Shown here piece by piece: positions 41,599 to 50,600 of a DNA stretch of 64,000 nt. The position numbers and the translations under genes were made by a program. The notes under the pieces are model-generated. The model was given only the letters and a program-made list of their open reading frames with translations, was not told where the DNA came from and searched no databases. The DNA is from an uncultured Gemmatimonadales bacterium (GTDB lineage: Bacteria; Gemmatimonadota; Gemmatimonadetes; Gemmatimonadales; GWC2-71-9): assembly GCA_963771275.1 (NCBI GenBank), contig CAVYSW010000009.1:320001-384000 (forward strand). Direction: 5' to 3'. How positions within the stretch are numbered: position 1 is the first letter of the stretch; every line of letters starts with the position of its first letter.

Positions 41599-41710
41599 CC
41601 GGCCCTGCCCGCGAGTGGGCGGGACAGGTCGAGCGGTGAGTCCAGCGGAGCGGAAGGCAGCAGGGTAGCGCAGGCACAGCAAGCTCTCCCATTGCATCAC
41701 CAGCCCTACA

Positions 41711-41746
41711 TGGGGGTCGGCGCGCTCGTCGGCCCCCACTGTGTTT
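41711..41746 (+). terminator. 12-bp hairpin with U-rich tail
   Basis: TGGGGGTCGGCG-cgct-CGTCGGCCCCCA then CTGTGTTT. The two G-U pairs form only on the + strand. Confidence 0.45.
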
Positions 41747-41810
41747 CCCGCCGGCGCGGCCGAACGTGAGGCCACGGGGTCTCGCGGCTGCCCGGCCGGC
41801 CGGCCGGCTC

Positions 41811-42425
41811 CTACAGGAGCGACAGTTGACTGACCGGCGTGAAGCTGCGTCGGTGATGGGGGGTGGGACCGGCGGCCGCGATCGCGGCGAGGTGGGCCGC
41901 CGTCGCGTAGCCCTTGTTCACGTCCCAGGCGAATGCCGGATACCGGCGTCCCAGGGCCACCATCAGGTGATCGCGCAGCACCTTGGCGAGCACCGACGCG
42001 GCGGCGATCGACAGGCTCAGGTTGTCGCCTCCCACGATGGCGTCGTGGATGTGCCCGAGATCCGGAACGGGATTGCCGTCCACGAGCACGTAGTCCGGCC
42101 GGACCGGCAGGTGCGCCACCGCGCGCCGCATGGCGCGCACGGTGGCGCGGAGGATGTTGAAGCGATCGATCTCCCGGACGGACGCGGCGCCCACCGCCCA
42201 ACCGAGCGCCAGCGCGCGAATGCGCACGGCGGCCGCTTCCCGCTCGGCCGCCGTCAGGCGCTTCGAGTCCCGCAGGCCCTCGATCGCCACGTCCCCCGGC
42301 GGGAACACCACCGCCCCCGCCACGACCGGTCCCGCCAGCGGACCACGACCGACTTCGTCCACGCCCGCCACGACCCGGTACCCCACCGCCCACAGCGCGC
42401 GCTCGCGCTCCAGCGTGGGGGCCAT
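41811..42425 (-). CDS. rnhB: Ribonuclease HII
   Basis: AGVDEVGRGPLAGPVVA, LRDSK, LVDGN, SIAAASVLAKV.RD, NKGY, HRRSF. Confidence 0.96.
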   Translation of the reverse strand: MAPTLERERALWAVGYRVVAGVDEVGRGPLAGPVVAGAVVFPPGDVAIEGLRDSKRLTAAEREAAAVRIRALALGWAVGAASVREIDRFNILRATVRAMRRAVAHLPVRPDYVLVDGNPVPDLGHIHDAIVGGDNLSLSIAAASVLAKVLRDHLMVALGRRYPAFAWDVNKGYATAAHLAAIAAAGPTPHHRRSFTPVSQLSLL

Positions 42426-42429
42426 CAAC

Positions 42430-42777
42430 TCAGGACTCGCGCTTCTCCCGGATGCGCGCCGCCTTGCCCGCGAGCTTCCGCAGGTAGTAGAGCTTGGCGC
42501 GCCGCACCTTGCCGCGCCGCACGACCTCGATGCTGGAGAGGCTGGGCGAGTGCAGCGGGAAGATGCGCTCGACGCCCACCCCGGCCGAGATCTTGCGCAC
42601 CGTGAACGTCGCGCTGATGCCGGCGCCGCGTCGCCCGATGCAGGTGCCCTCGAACGCCTGCAGCCGCTCCTTGTCCCCTTCGTGCACCCGCACCTGCACG
42701 CGCAGGGTGTCGCCGGGGAAGAACTCCGGCAGATCGGCCCGCAGGGCCGCGCGCTGAACGGCAGTGAACCTCTCCAT
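42430..42777 (-). CDS. rplS: 50S ribosomal protein L19
   Basis: [41 protein letters not shown]. Confidence 0.98.
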   Translation of the reverse strand: MERFTAVQRAALRADLPEFFPGDTLRVQVRVHEGDKERLQAFEGTCIGRRGAGISATFTVRKISAGVGVERIFPLHSPSLSSIEVVRRGKVRRAKLYYLRKLAGKAARIREKRES

Positions 42778-42790
42778 GTCGCTATCCTCG

Positions 42791-43495
42791 TCAGTCGGTC
42801 CCGTCGGACCCGTGTTCCGCCTCGTAGCGGGCCCAGAGATCGGGCCGCCGCGATTTCGTCAGTCGTTCCGTTTCCGCGCGGCGCCACGCCGCGATGCGCG
42901 CGTGGTCTCCGCTCAACAATACCTCGGGCACGGTACGCCCGCGATACTCCGGCGGCCGCGTGTAGCTCGGCGGGCTGAGCAGACCATCGTAGTGCGAGTC
43001 CGTCGCCGCCGACTCGTGATCGCCCAGCGCCCCGGGCAGCAGGCGCACCACCGCGTCCATCACGCACAGCGCCGCGAACTCCCCACCCGACAGCACGAAG
43101 TCGCCGACGCTGATCTCCTCCACCCCAGCCCGTTCCGCCACCCGCTGATCCACGTCCTTGTAGTGCCCGCACAGCAACGTCAGATCGGCCGCCAGACTGA
43201 GGCGCACGGCGGTCGCGTGATCGAACGGGCGCCCGCGGGCCGAGAGCAGCACGACCGGCCCGGTGGGCGCCAGCGCGTCGAGCGCCTCGTAGAACGGCTC
43301 CGGCTTCATCACCATCCCCGCGCCACCACCGTACCCGTAGTCGTCCACCGTGCGGTGCCGGTCGTGGGTGTGCGCCCGCAGATCGACCACCTGCACCGCG
43401 ATCAGCGCCTGGCGGCGGGCGCGCCCCACGATGCTGGTGTCGCACGCGGCCGCGAACAGCTCCGGGAAGATCGTGACCACGTTGATCCGGAGCAC
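42791..43495 (-). CDS. trmD: tRNA (guanine37-N1)-methyltransferase
   Basis: [52 protein letters not shown]. Confidence 0.97.
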   Translation of the reverse strand: MLRINVVTIFPELFAAACDTSIVGRARRQALIAVQVVDLRAHTHDRHRTVDDYGYGGGAGMVMKPEPFYEALDALAPTGPVVLLSARGRPFDHATAVRLSLAADLTLLCGHYKDVDQRVAERAGVEEISVGDFVLSGGEFAALCVMDAVVRLLPGALGDHESAATDSHYDGLLSPPSYTRPPEYRGRTVPEVLLSGDHARIAAWRRAETERLTKSRRPDLWARYEAEHGSDGTD

Positions 43496-43497
43496 CG

Positions 43498-44019
43498 CTA
43501 CAGCTCCAGCAGGCCGGGTGGCGGCACGATCGCAATCTCACGCCCCGCGCGATCCACCCGCGCCACGATCGGCGCCCGGAAGGGCACCAGGACCTCACGT
43601 CCCTCGTGCTCGACCACCAGCAACTCCCCTCCCGGCACCGGGATCAGCCCCCGCGCGGTGCCGATCGGGCGCCCCCCCGCGGTCACGGTGATGCCGGCCA
43701 CTTCGTCCGCCGTGAGGGGTCCCTCCAGCGGCGCCGGCAGCACGCTCGTCGGCACCGCCAGCCCCACGAGCCGCCAGCTCTCCCACGGCGTCCGCGCCGC
43801 GATCTCGCGGAACTTCAGCAGCCAGCGCCGGTGATAGGCCCGGGCCCGCTCGATCGTCAGGGGCGGCCCGGTCGGGCGGCCCGCCTCGTCGACCGGCGTG
43901 AGCGCGGCCCCCGGGACGAACACCCGCTCGGGCTGGGCGGTGAGGACGTACACGATCGCCTCACCCTTCAGGCCGTGGGGCTTGGAGAAGCGCGCCACCA
44001 ACCGGTAGCCCGCCTCCAC
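43498..44019 (-). CDS. rimM: Ribosome maturation factor RimM
   Basis: KPHGLKGE, LVPF, PPGLLEL. Conserved position between rpsP and trmD. Confidence 0.92.
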   Translation of the reverse strand: MEAGYRLVARFSKPHGLKGEAIVYVLTAQPERVFVPGAALTPVDEAGRPTGPPLTIERARAYHRRWLLKFREIAARTPWESWRLVGLAVPTSVLPAPLEGPLTADEVAGITVTAGGRPIGTARGLIPVPGGELLVVEHEGREVLVPFRAPIVARVDRAGREIAIVPPPGLLEL

Positions 44020-44030
44020 GCCGCCCCCGG

Positions 44031-44306
44031 TTACGCGGGCTCGGCGGTCGCCGGAGCGGCCGGCTTGAACACGCCGGCCTGCTTGAGCAGCGAGCGGACG
44101 GTCTCCGTGGGCAGGGCGCCTTTCGCGAGCCAGCTGCGCGCCCGCTCGGCGTCCACCTGGACCACCGCCGGCTGCTCCCGCGGCCGGTAGTGACCGATCG
44201 TCTCGATGAACCGGCCGTCCCGGGGCGACGTACTCTCCGCCACCACAATGCGGAACTCCGGCTGCTTCTTCCGGCCAACGCGGCGCAAGCGAATGCGTGT
44301 TGCCAT
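44031..44306 (-). CDS. rpsP: 30S ribosomal protein S16
   Basis: RIRL.R.GRKKQP.FRIVVA...PRDGRFIE.IG.Y, W..KGA.PTETV. Confidence 0.98.
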   Translation of the reverse strand: MATRIRLRRVGRKKQPEFRIVVAESTSPRDGRFIETIGHYRPREQPAVVQVDAERARSWLAKGALPTETVRSLLKQAGVFKPAAPATAEPA

Positions 44307-44331
44307 GTCCCTCGACTTCCCGTCCGGCGAG

Positions 44332-45643
44332 TTAGTGCAAGCCGAGCTTGCCCATGCCCTTCATGACCTGCTTCATCTGCTCGAACTGCTTGAGCAACTG
44401 GTTCACTTCCTGGACCGGCCGACCGGCCCCCCGGGCGATCCGCGCGCGGCGCGACCCATTGAGCACTTCCGGGCGCCGCCGCTCCGCGGGGGTCATCGAG
44501 AGGATGATCGCCTCCGTGTGCTTCACCCGGCTGGGATCGACCTTGGCCTGCTTCAGCGCCTTGGCCGGCATCCCCGGGAGCATCCCCAGCAATCCCTCGA
44601 GCGGCCCCATCTTCTGGAGCTGGCGCATCGCGGTCAGGAAATCCTCGAGGTCCATCCCGCGTTTCGAGGTCGCCTTCCGCGCGAGGCGCTCGGCCTCGGT
44701 CGCGTCGACCGCGTGCTGCGCGCGCTCCACCAGGCCCACGACGTCGCCCTGCTGGAGGATCCGTCCCGCCAGCCGCACCGGATCGAACGCGTCGAGCGCA
44801 TCGAGCCGCTCGCCGACGCCAACGTACTTGATCGGCGCTCCGGTCACCCCGCGCATCGAGAGGGCCGCGCCGCCCCGGGCATCCCCGTCGAGCTTGGTCA
44901 GGATCACGCCGGTGAGCCCGAGTGCCTCGTGGAACCCCCGGGCGATCCGCACGGCGTCTTGCCCGGTCATGCCGTCGGCGACGAGCAGGATCTCGTGCGG
45001 TCGCACGGCCGCCTTGATACGCGCGAGCTCGCGCCATCATCGCTTCGTCGATCTGCAGCCGGCCGGCCGTGTCCACCACCACCGTCCGGGCGCGGGCCCG
45101 GCCCGCCGCCTCGACGCCGGCGCGCACCAGCGCCACGACGTCGTCGGTCCCACCCTCCGACGGCCCGAAGCAGCCGACGTCCACCTGGCGCGCCAGCTGG
45201 CGCAGCTGCTCCTCCGCGGCCGGCCGGTGCACGTCCGCGGCCACGAGGAACGGGGCCTTCTGCTCGCGCTTGAGCCGGGCCGCGAGCTTGGCCGCCGTCG
45301 TCGTCTTCCCCGACCCCTGCAAGCCCACCAGCAGGATCACGGTCGGCGGCACCGAGGCAAACTGCAGCGGCACCCGCGTCTCGCCCAGCAGCCGCACGAG
45401 CTCGTCGTGCACGATCTTGACGAGCTGCTGGCCTGGGCTCACGGCCTTGAGCGCCGTGACGCCGACGGCCTGCTCCCGCACCCGGTCCGTGAAGGTCCGG
45501 GTGAGCTCGAAGCTGACGTCCGCCTCGAGCAGGATGCGCCGGATCTCGCGCAGCCCTTCGCTCACCGCCTCTTCGGTCAGCACGCCGCGGCCGGTGAGAT
45601 CGCGCAGCGCGGCCGTCAGCCGTTCCGAAAGAGCAGCGAACAT
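44332..45643 (-). CDS. ffh: Signal recognition particle protein Ffh (one extra base near 45031-45033, probable sequencing error)
   Basis: LLEADV, GLQGSGKTT and DTAGRL in one frame; DGMTGQDA, TKLDGDARGGAALS and the M-domain in another. Junction reads ATG GCG C GAG CTC GCG. Confidence 0.93.
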
Positions 45644-45807
45644 AGAGCCTTGAAGTATAGGCGCTTCGTCCCGGAATGGGCAGGGGCCGCGTCGTCGCGC
45701 CGCGGCGGCAGCCCCCCGACGCGAAACCGCCGCTCCCCGCAGTCCGTAACCCTCCCCGAGCAGCGTGTGGCGCCCAGCGGGGCGTCTGAGGAGATTCCTG
45801 ACCACCC

Positions 45808-47370
45808 ATGCCGCAAAACCTGCTGGTTCAAGCAGTGGTCACGATCGGCTTCGGCGCCCTGGCGGGCGGCATCACCAACGCCGTCGCCATCTGGATGCTG
45901 TTCCACCCCCATGAGCCCCGGGGCCTCTGGCGGCTCCGGATCCAGGGCGCCGTGCCGAAGAACCGCGAGCGGCTGGCCAAGACGATCGGCCGGACGGTGG
46001 GCCAGCGGCTGCTCACGCCGGAAGATCTGGCGCGCCAGCTCAGCTCACCCGGCGTGCGGGAGGCGTTCGACGACACGGTGCGCGGCCTGGTTCACGGCCT
46101 GCTCTCCACGGAGCGCGGCCCGCTGCGCTCGGAGCTGCCGGGGCCGCTCGTCGCGGAGCTCGAGGCGCTGCTGCTGGGGCTGGGGCCGACCCTCGCCGCC
46201 CGGTTCGCGGAGTTCGCGGCCACGGAGCGGTTCCGCGAGCCGCTGGAACGGTTTCTCCGGGCCACCGCGGCCTCGGTGGCCGACCAGCCGCTGGGCGCGC
46301 TCCTCACGGAGACCCGCCGGGCGGCGCTGCGGGAGCGGGTCGAGTCCTGGGTCTCGCAGGCGGTCGCGAGTCCCGACCTCGAGCGGGCGATTCGTGACTG
46401 GCTCGACCGCCAGATGGTGCGCGCCGCCGCCGATCACACGCCGCTGCTCGAACGGCTTCCCCCCGGGCTGGTGCCTGCCGTGGAGCGAGGCATCGCCAGC
46501 TATCTCCCGGTGGCGCTCGAGCGGCTGGGCTCCGTGCTGCGCGACCCGGATGCCCGCTCGCGCATCGAACACACGCTGCACACGCTGTTCGAGCGCTTCG
46601 TGAAGGACCTGATGCTGCACGAGCGGATCGTCGCGCGGCTCGTGGTGACCGAGCGCACGATCTCCAAGCTGCTGGACAACGTCGGGCAGGAGGGCTCGGA
46701 GCAGATCGGCCGGCTGCTCGACGAGCCGACGATGCGGGCTCATGTGGCGCGCAACGTGAACGACGCCGTGCTCACGTTTCTGCGGCGGCCGCTCGCGGAG
46801 CACATGGTGAGCCTGGGCCCCGAGCGACTCGAAGGGCTGCGGGACACGGCGGTGCGCTACGTCATCGCGGCCCTGCGCGACGAGGCCACGCGGACCTATG
46901 CCATCGAGCGCCTCGACCGGGCACTCGCGGCCGCCGAGACGCGCACGTGGGGCGAGCTGCTGGCCAAGCTGCCGCCCGAGCGGGCCGCCGAATGGCTGAC
47001 CGACGCGCTGCGATCGGATCGTGTGCGCGGCTGGATCGCCGACGGCTGGGGCAGCGCGATCGCGGCCCTGCTCGACCAGCCCATCGGAACCCCCGAGCGC
47101 CTGCTCGGCGCCGGTGCCGCCGACCGGCTGGGGGAGCGCATCGGCCCTGCCCTGTGGGGCTGGATCGAGCGACAGGTCCCCATCGTGGTCGCGCGCGTCG
47201 ACATCCAGACGATGGTGGAGCAGAAGGTGCTGGGGTTCTCGCTCGACCGGATCGAGGAAATCGTGCGGCTCACGACCCAGCGCGAGCTGGACGTCATCGT
47301 GCGCCTGGGCTTCGTGCTCGGCGGCCTGGTGGGGGTGGGGGCGTTCATTCTCGCGATTGCCCTGACGTGA
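45808..47370 (+). CDS. DUF445-family membrane-anchored helical protein
   Basis: GGITNAVAIWMLFHP, QGAVPK.RERLA, C-terminal RELDVIVRLGFVLGGLVG. Confidence 0.85.
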   Translation: MPQNLLVQAVVTIGFGALAGGITNAVAIWMLFHPHEPRGLWRLRIQGAVPKNRERLAKTIGRTVGQRLLTPEDLARQLSSPGVREAFDDTVRGLVHGLLSTERGPLRSELPGPLVAELEALLLGLGPTLAARFAEFAATERFREPLERFLRATAASVADQPLGALLTETRRAALRERVESWVSQAVASPDLERAIRDWLDRQMVRAAADHTPLLERLPPGLVPAVERGIASYLPVALERLGSVLRDPDARSRIEHTLHTLFERFVKDLMLHERIVARLVVTERTISKLLDNVGQEGSEQIGRLLDEPTMRAHVARNVNDAVLTFLRRPLAEHMVSLGPERLEGLRDTAVRYVIAALRDEATRTYAIERLDRALAAAETRTWGELLAKLPPERAAEWLTDALRSDRVRGWIADGWGSAIAALLDQPIGTPERLLGAGAADRLGERIGPALWGWIERQVPIVVARVDIQTMVEQKVLGFSLDRIEEIVRLTTQRELDVIVRLGFVLGGLVGVGAFILAIALT

Positions 47371-47489
47371 GCGGCGGCGGAGACCGGAGCCGGAGCACAG
47401 GGCTCCCGCCAGCGGCGCTCGGCCTGACGATCCGCCGAGTCGGGCGCGACTATTCTAGTACCGCTGGTCATACGTTCGATGACGCGTCT

Positions 47490-47602
47490 CACCGCAGAGT
47501 CCGCAGAGACCGCAGCAGCAAGCGCGTGATCGTCGGTCGCTGGGGTCGGCGCATGGTGCGCAGCAGTTCCCTCACTCCGCGTGCTCGGCGACCTCTGCGG
47601 TG
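47490..47602. repeat. Palindromic element with inverted arms built of 9-nt units (NNCGCAGAG)
   Basis: Left arm CACCGCAGAG-TCCGCAGAG-ACCGCAG (47490-47515). Reverse complement of right arm CACCGCAGAG-GTCGCCGAG-CACGCGGAG (47575-47602). Confidence 0.75.
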
Positions 47603-47633
47603 CAATACGTAACCGTAGTTGTGAGCTGATGGA

Positions 47634-48827
47634 CTAGTCGAGCACGACGGCCGGCGGGCGGCGCCACCCGGCCCACGCGTCCGGCGCGTCGATCAGGCGC
47701 ACGATCGGGCGGCCCGCGATAGTCTCCTGCTCGACGGCCCACCGCCGGCCGGGCGCCCCGCGCGCCCCCCAAGACCGGCCCAGCACGGCGGCGAACTTCT
47801 CGGCGGCGGGTCCGTCGTCCCAGACGGTCCACCACGCGACCGCGTAGCCGCCGGACGCGCGATACACCGCGAACCGGTCCCCGCCCCAGCCGAGGGCGCC
47901 CGCCGTTGCCACCGCCTCGCTGCCGGTGAGCTGCTGCAGCACGATGCGCGTCTCGAACTCACCCCAATCGTCCTGATAGACGAGCTCGCCGGTCGCGGAC
48001 GGTGCCGGCACGACCCGCACGGACACCGGCTCGTCACCGGCGCGGTACCGCTCCGGATGGAGGATCTGCTCGGTCGAGCGGGGCATGCGCGGTCCATAGG
48101 GCCGGGTGCCGGGATACGCGCTCTCGAACCAGCGCATGAAGTCGGCGCCCGCGAGGTAGGGGAACAGCAGGCCTTCCCGCACGATCAGCGGGGCGGCGGC
48201 GAACACCGGCATGCGCTCCTGAGCCTGACGCACGTTCTCACGCAGATCACGCCAGAAATTGCCGAGCTGGCTCACGCGGGCCGAATCGAACATGGCCGTG
48301 ATCGATGACAGGGTGGCCTGTCCTTCGAGCACGGCCTGGGCGGCCATCTTGCGGTCGTTGTCTCCCTGGCTCTCGAGGATCGAATCGAGCGGGAGGTACT
48401 GTCCCTGGAGCGCATGAACCAGCTCGTGGGCCAGCACAATGCGCACCTGCAGCGGATCCGTCCCGTCGACCACGTACAGGGTGGTCGAGTCGGGATCGTA
48501 GTATCCCACCACCTGCTCCGACAGGACGTCCAGCAGCAGCGCCCGGAAATCGAGCGTGTCGGGAATGACGCCAAACAGCCGGTAGCTCAACGCGATGTGC
48601 GCCATCTGCTCAGGAGGATACTCGGCATCGAGCCGGGCGATGAGATACTGCCGCACCTGGTCGCGGGTCCGGACCGCAAATGCCGGCGGAACGCGGAACG
48701 CGACCCCGACGGAACGCTCGACAGCCGGGATCACGTCGGCGGCCAGGCGACGGACTTCCTGCTCGGTGCTCGGCTGCGGGCGGGCGCAGGAAGAGACTCC
48801 GAGGAGCAGGAGCGGGACATAGCGCAT
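47634..48827 (-). CDS. Zincin-like (HExxH...E) lipoprotein of unknown function
   Basis: Lipobox VSSC, VVGYYDP, LAHELVHALQ, AVLEGQAT, FPYLAG, PRSTEQILHP. Confidence 0.78.
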   Translation of the reverse strand: MRYVPLLLLGVSSCARPQPSTEQEVRRLAADVIPAVERSVGVAFRVPPAFAVRTRDQVRQYLIARLDAEYPPEQMAHIALSYRLFGVIPDTLDFRALLLDVLSEQVVGYYDPDSTTLYVVDGTDPLQVRIVLAHELVHALQGQYLPLDSILESQGDNDRKMAAQAVLEGQATLSSITAMFDSARVSQLGNFWRDLRENVRQAQERMPVFAAAPLIVREGLLFPYLAGADFMRWFESAYPGTRPYGPRMPRSTEQILHPERYRAGDEPVSVRVVPAPSATGELVYQDDWGEFETRIVLQQLTGSEAVATAGALGWGGDRFAVYRASGGYAVAWWTVWDDGPAAEKFAAVLGRSWGARGAPGRRWAVEQETIAGRPIVRLIDAPDAWAGWRRPPAVVLD

Positions 48828-48842
48828 GGGAGGAAACTACAA

Positions 48843-48916
48843 CAATGTCGAATGTCCAATGTTCAATGTCCAATTCCCAAGTGACTTGGAAATTGGACAT
48901 TGGACATTGGACATTC
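48843..48916. repeat. AT-rich palindrome of 7-nt tandem units (CAATGTC)n / (GACATTG)n
   Basis: caatgtc gaatgtc caatgtt caatgtc caattcc caagt g acttg gaaattg gacattg gacattg gacattc. Arms of about 33 bp with two imperfect positions. Confidence 0.92.
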
Positions 48917-48925
48917 TGCGGTTTT

Positions 48926-49717
48926 CTAGTGCTTCCGGATCTCAATCCCGCCGTTCACGGTCTCGAGCCGCAGCTGGCGACCGCCGTCGCCAATCGTGCC
49001 ATGCAGGCGCCGGGGACCGAACCGGCCCTGCACCGTGATGGGAAAATCGGACTCGATGTCCCCGTTGACGGTCGAAGCGTCCAGCACGGCGCTGAGGTTG
49101 GCCGGGACCTGCACCGTGATGCTCCCGTTCACGGTCTTGAACGCCATCGCGCCGGTCCAATCCGCCCGGCCCATCGCCGCGTGGACCGAGCCGTTGACGG
49201 TCTCTGCCTCGACGAGGCCCGCGGCCGTCACGTCCACGTCGCCGTTCACCGTGGTGGCCCGGACGTCACCGCCCACATCGCGCACCTGCACGTCGCCGTT
49301 GACGGTCGCTCCGACGAACGCGACCCGGGCGGGCACCTGGACCGTGAAGTCGACTTCGACGTCGTTGTTGTCCGTGTTGTTCCGCCCGCCGCCCGGCCGG
49401 CACTCGTTGGGCCGGCCGTTCTTCGCGGGATAAACGGCGCAGATCGTGACGCCGCCGTCGTGCGGGACCACCTCGATCTTGACCTCGGACGGGTCGCTCC
49501 GCCGGCCAGACTTCACGGCGGTGACAACCACCTCGTTGCCGCTCGCCGGCGCCGCGTGGATCGCGCCGTTCACGTTGCGGATCTCCAGCGTCTTGCCGGG
49601 CTCGACCCGGCCGCGCCATTCGAAGGTCTCACCCTGGCCCTGCGCCGTACCGCGCCCCTGCGGGGCGAGCGACAGGGCCGCCGCTCCGAGTCCCACGATG
49701 ATCGCAATCGTACGCAT
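48926..49717 (-). CDS. Secreted DUF4097-type beta-strand-repeat protein
   Basis: Signal peptide, many TVNGD/TVNGS repeats, DFTVQVP, LRLETVNGGIEIRK. Confidence 0.88.
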   Translation of the reverse strand: MRTIAIIVGLGAAALSLAPQGRGTAQGQGETFEWRGRVEPGKTLEIRNVNGAIHAAPASGNEVVVTAVKSGRRSDPSEVKIEVVPHDGGVTICAVYPAKNGRPNECRPGGGRNNTDNNDVEVDFTVQVPARVAFVGATVNGDVQVRDVGGDVRATTVNGDVDVTAAGLVEAETVNGSVHAAMGRADWTGAMAFKTVNGSITVQVPANLSAVLDASTVNGDIESDFPITVQGRFGPRRLHGTIGDGGRQLRLETVNGGIEIRKH

Positions 49718-49734
49718 GTCGGCTGCCTCCCGGT

Positions 49735-50583
49735 TTACCGGCGCTCGAGCCGGATCGTGCCGTCAAAGGATTCGAGCTCCACCCGGGCGGCACCCGAGCC
49801 GAGCGTGAACGAGAACCGTCTGCCGGGCCGCACATTCGTGACCTGCACCTTGAACGCCGGATCGGCCTCGAAGGAGCCATCGAACGTGGCGACGCTCACC
49901 GCCGCATTGACGGTTGCGGGCATGCCCACCACGATGTCGCCGCTGTGGGCCGAGAACCCGTACCGCCCACCGTCCTTGATTGCGCCGTGAAAGCTCACGT
50001 CACCGTCCACGGTGCTGACGTCCACATTGGCCGCGTCCACATTCTCCAACGTGACATCGCCGTCGGTGGTTTCCACGGTCAGGTCACCGATCACGTTCGA
50101 GAGCGTGATGTCCCCCTCCACCCCCTCGACCTTGACCGTCCCGCGCGCCCCGTCGATCACGATGTCGCCCTCCACCGTGTGGACCTCGACGGGCCCGCCG
50201 GCCCCGCGAATCGTGACGCCGCCCTCGACGCTCTCCGCGCTGATCGCGCCGGTGACCCCCTCGACCGAGATCTCCGTCTCCTGGCCGCTCAGCTCCAGCG
50301 ACATCGTCCGGGGGACCGTGATCTCGTAGTCCACGAACGCGGGCCCGCCGCGGCGCCGTTGGGCGTCGATCTCGACGACCGAGCCACGCACGTTGATCTG
50401 AATCTCGTCGCGCGTGCCGTGCTCGGCGTGTACGCGCATCTCGTTGCGGTCCCAGGCGGTCACCTTGATGGAGCCCGACTGGTTCTGCAGCTGCAGCCGC
50501 GCCGACGGCGGCACGGCCAGGGTCGTATCGGTCTGCTGCAATGACGACAGCATGAGCAGCGCGACCGGAATGGTGATTGCCAT
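49735..50583 (-). CDS. Secreted DUF4097-type beta-strand-repeat protein
   Basis: Signal peptide then QQTDTT, VDYEITVP, repeats SVEGG/TVEGD/TTDGD/TVDGD, LESFDGTIRL. Confidence 0.88.
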   Translation of the reverse strand: MAITIPVALLMLSSLQQTDTTLAVPPSARLQLQNQSGSIKVTAWDRNEMRVHAEHGTRDEIQINVRGSVVEIDAQRRRGGPAFVDYEITVPRTMSLELSGQETEISVEGVTGAISAESVEGGVTIRGAGGPVEVHTVEGDIVIDGARGTVKVEGVEGDITLSNVIGDLTVETTDGDVTLENVDAANVDVSTVDGDVSFHGAIKDGGRYGFSAHSGDIVVGMPATVNAAVSVATFDGSFEADPAFKVQVTNVRPGRRFSFTLGSGAARVELESFDGTIRLERR

Positions 50584-50600
50584 GAGTCCCTCCCGCTCTA

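Noticed and set aside
41641..41670. SRP (4.5S) RNA suggested by CGGAAGGCAGCAG near the ffh operon
   Set aside because: It lacks the paired stem around the GGAA loop and the upstream CAGG of the conserved SRP domain.
47490..48916. The repeat elements as a CRISPR array
   Set aside because: Units are 7-9 nt, tandem and inverted, with no 25-45 nt repeats separated by unique spacers. No cas genes are present.
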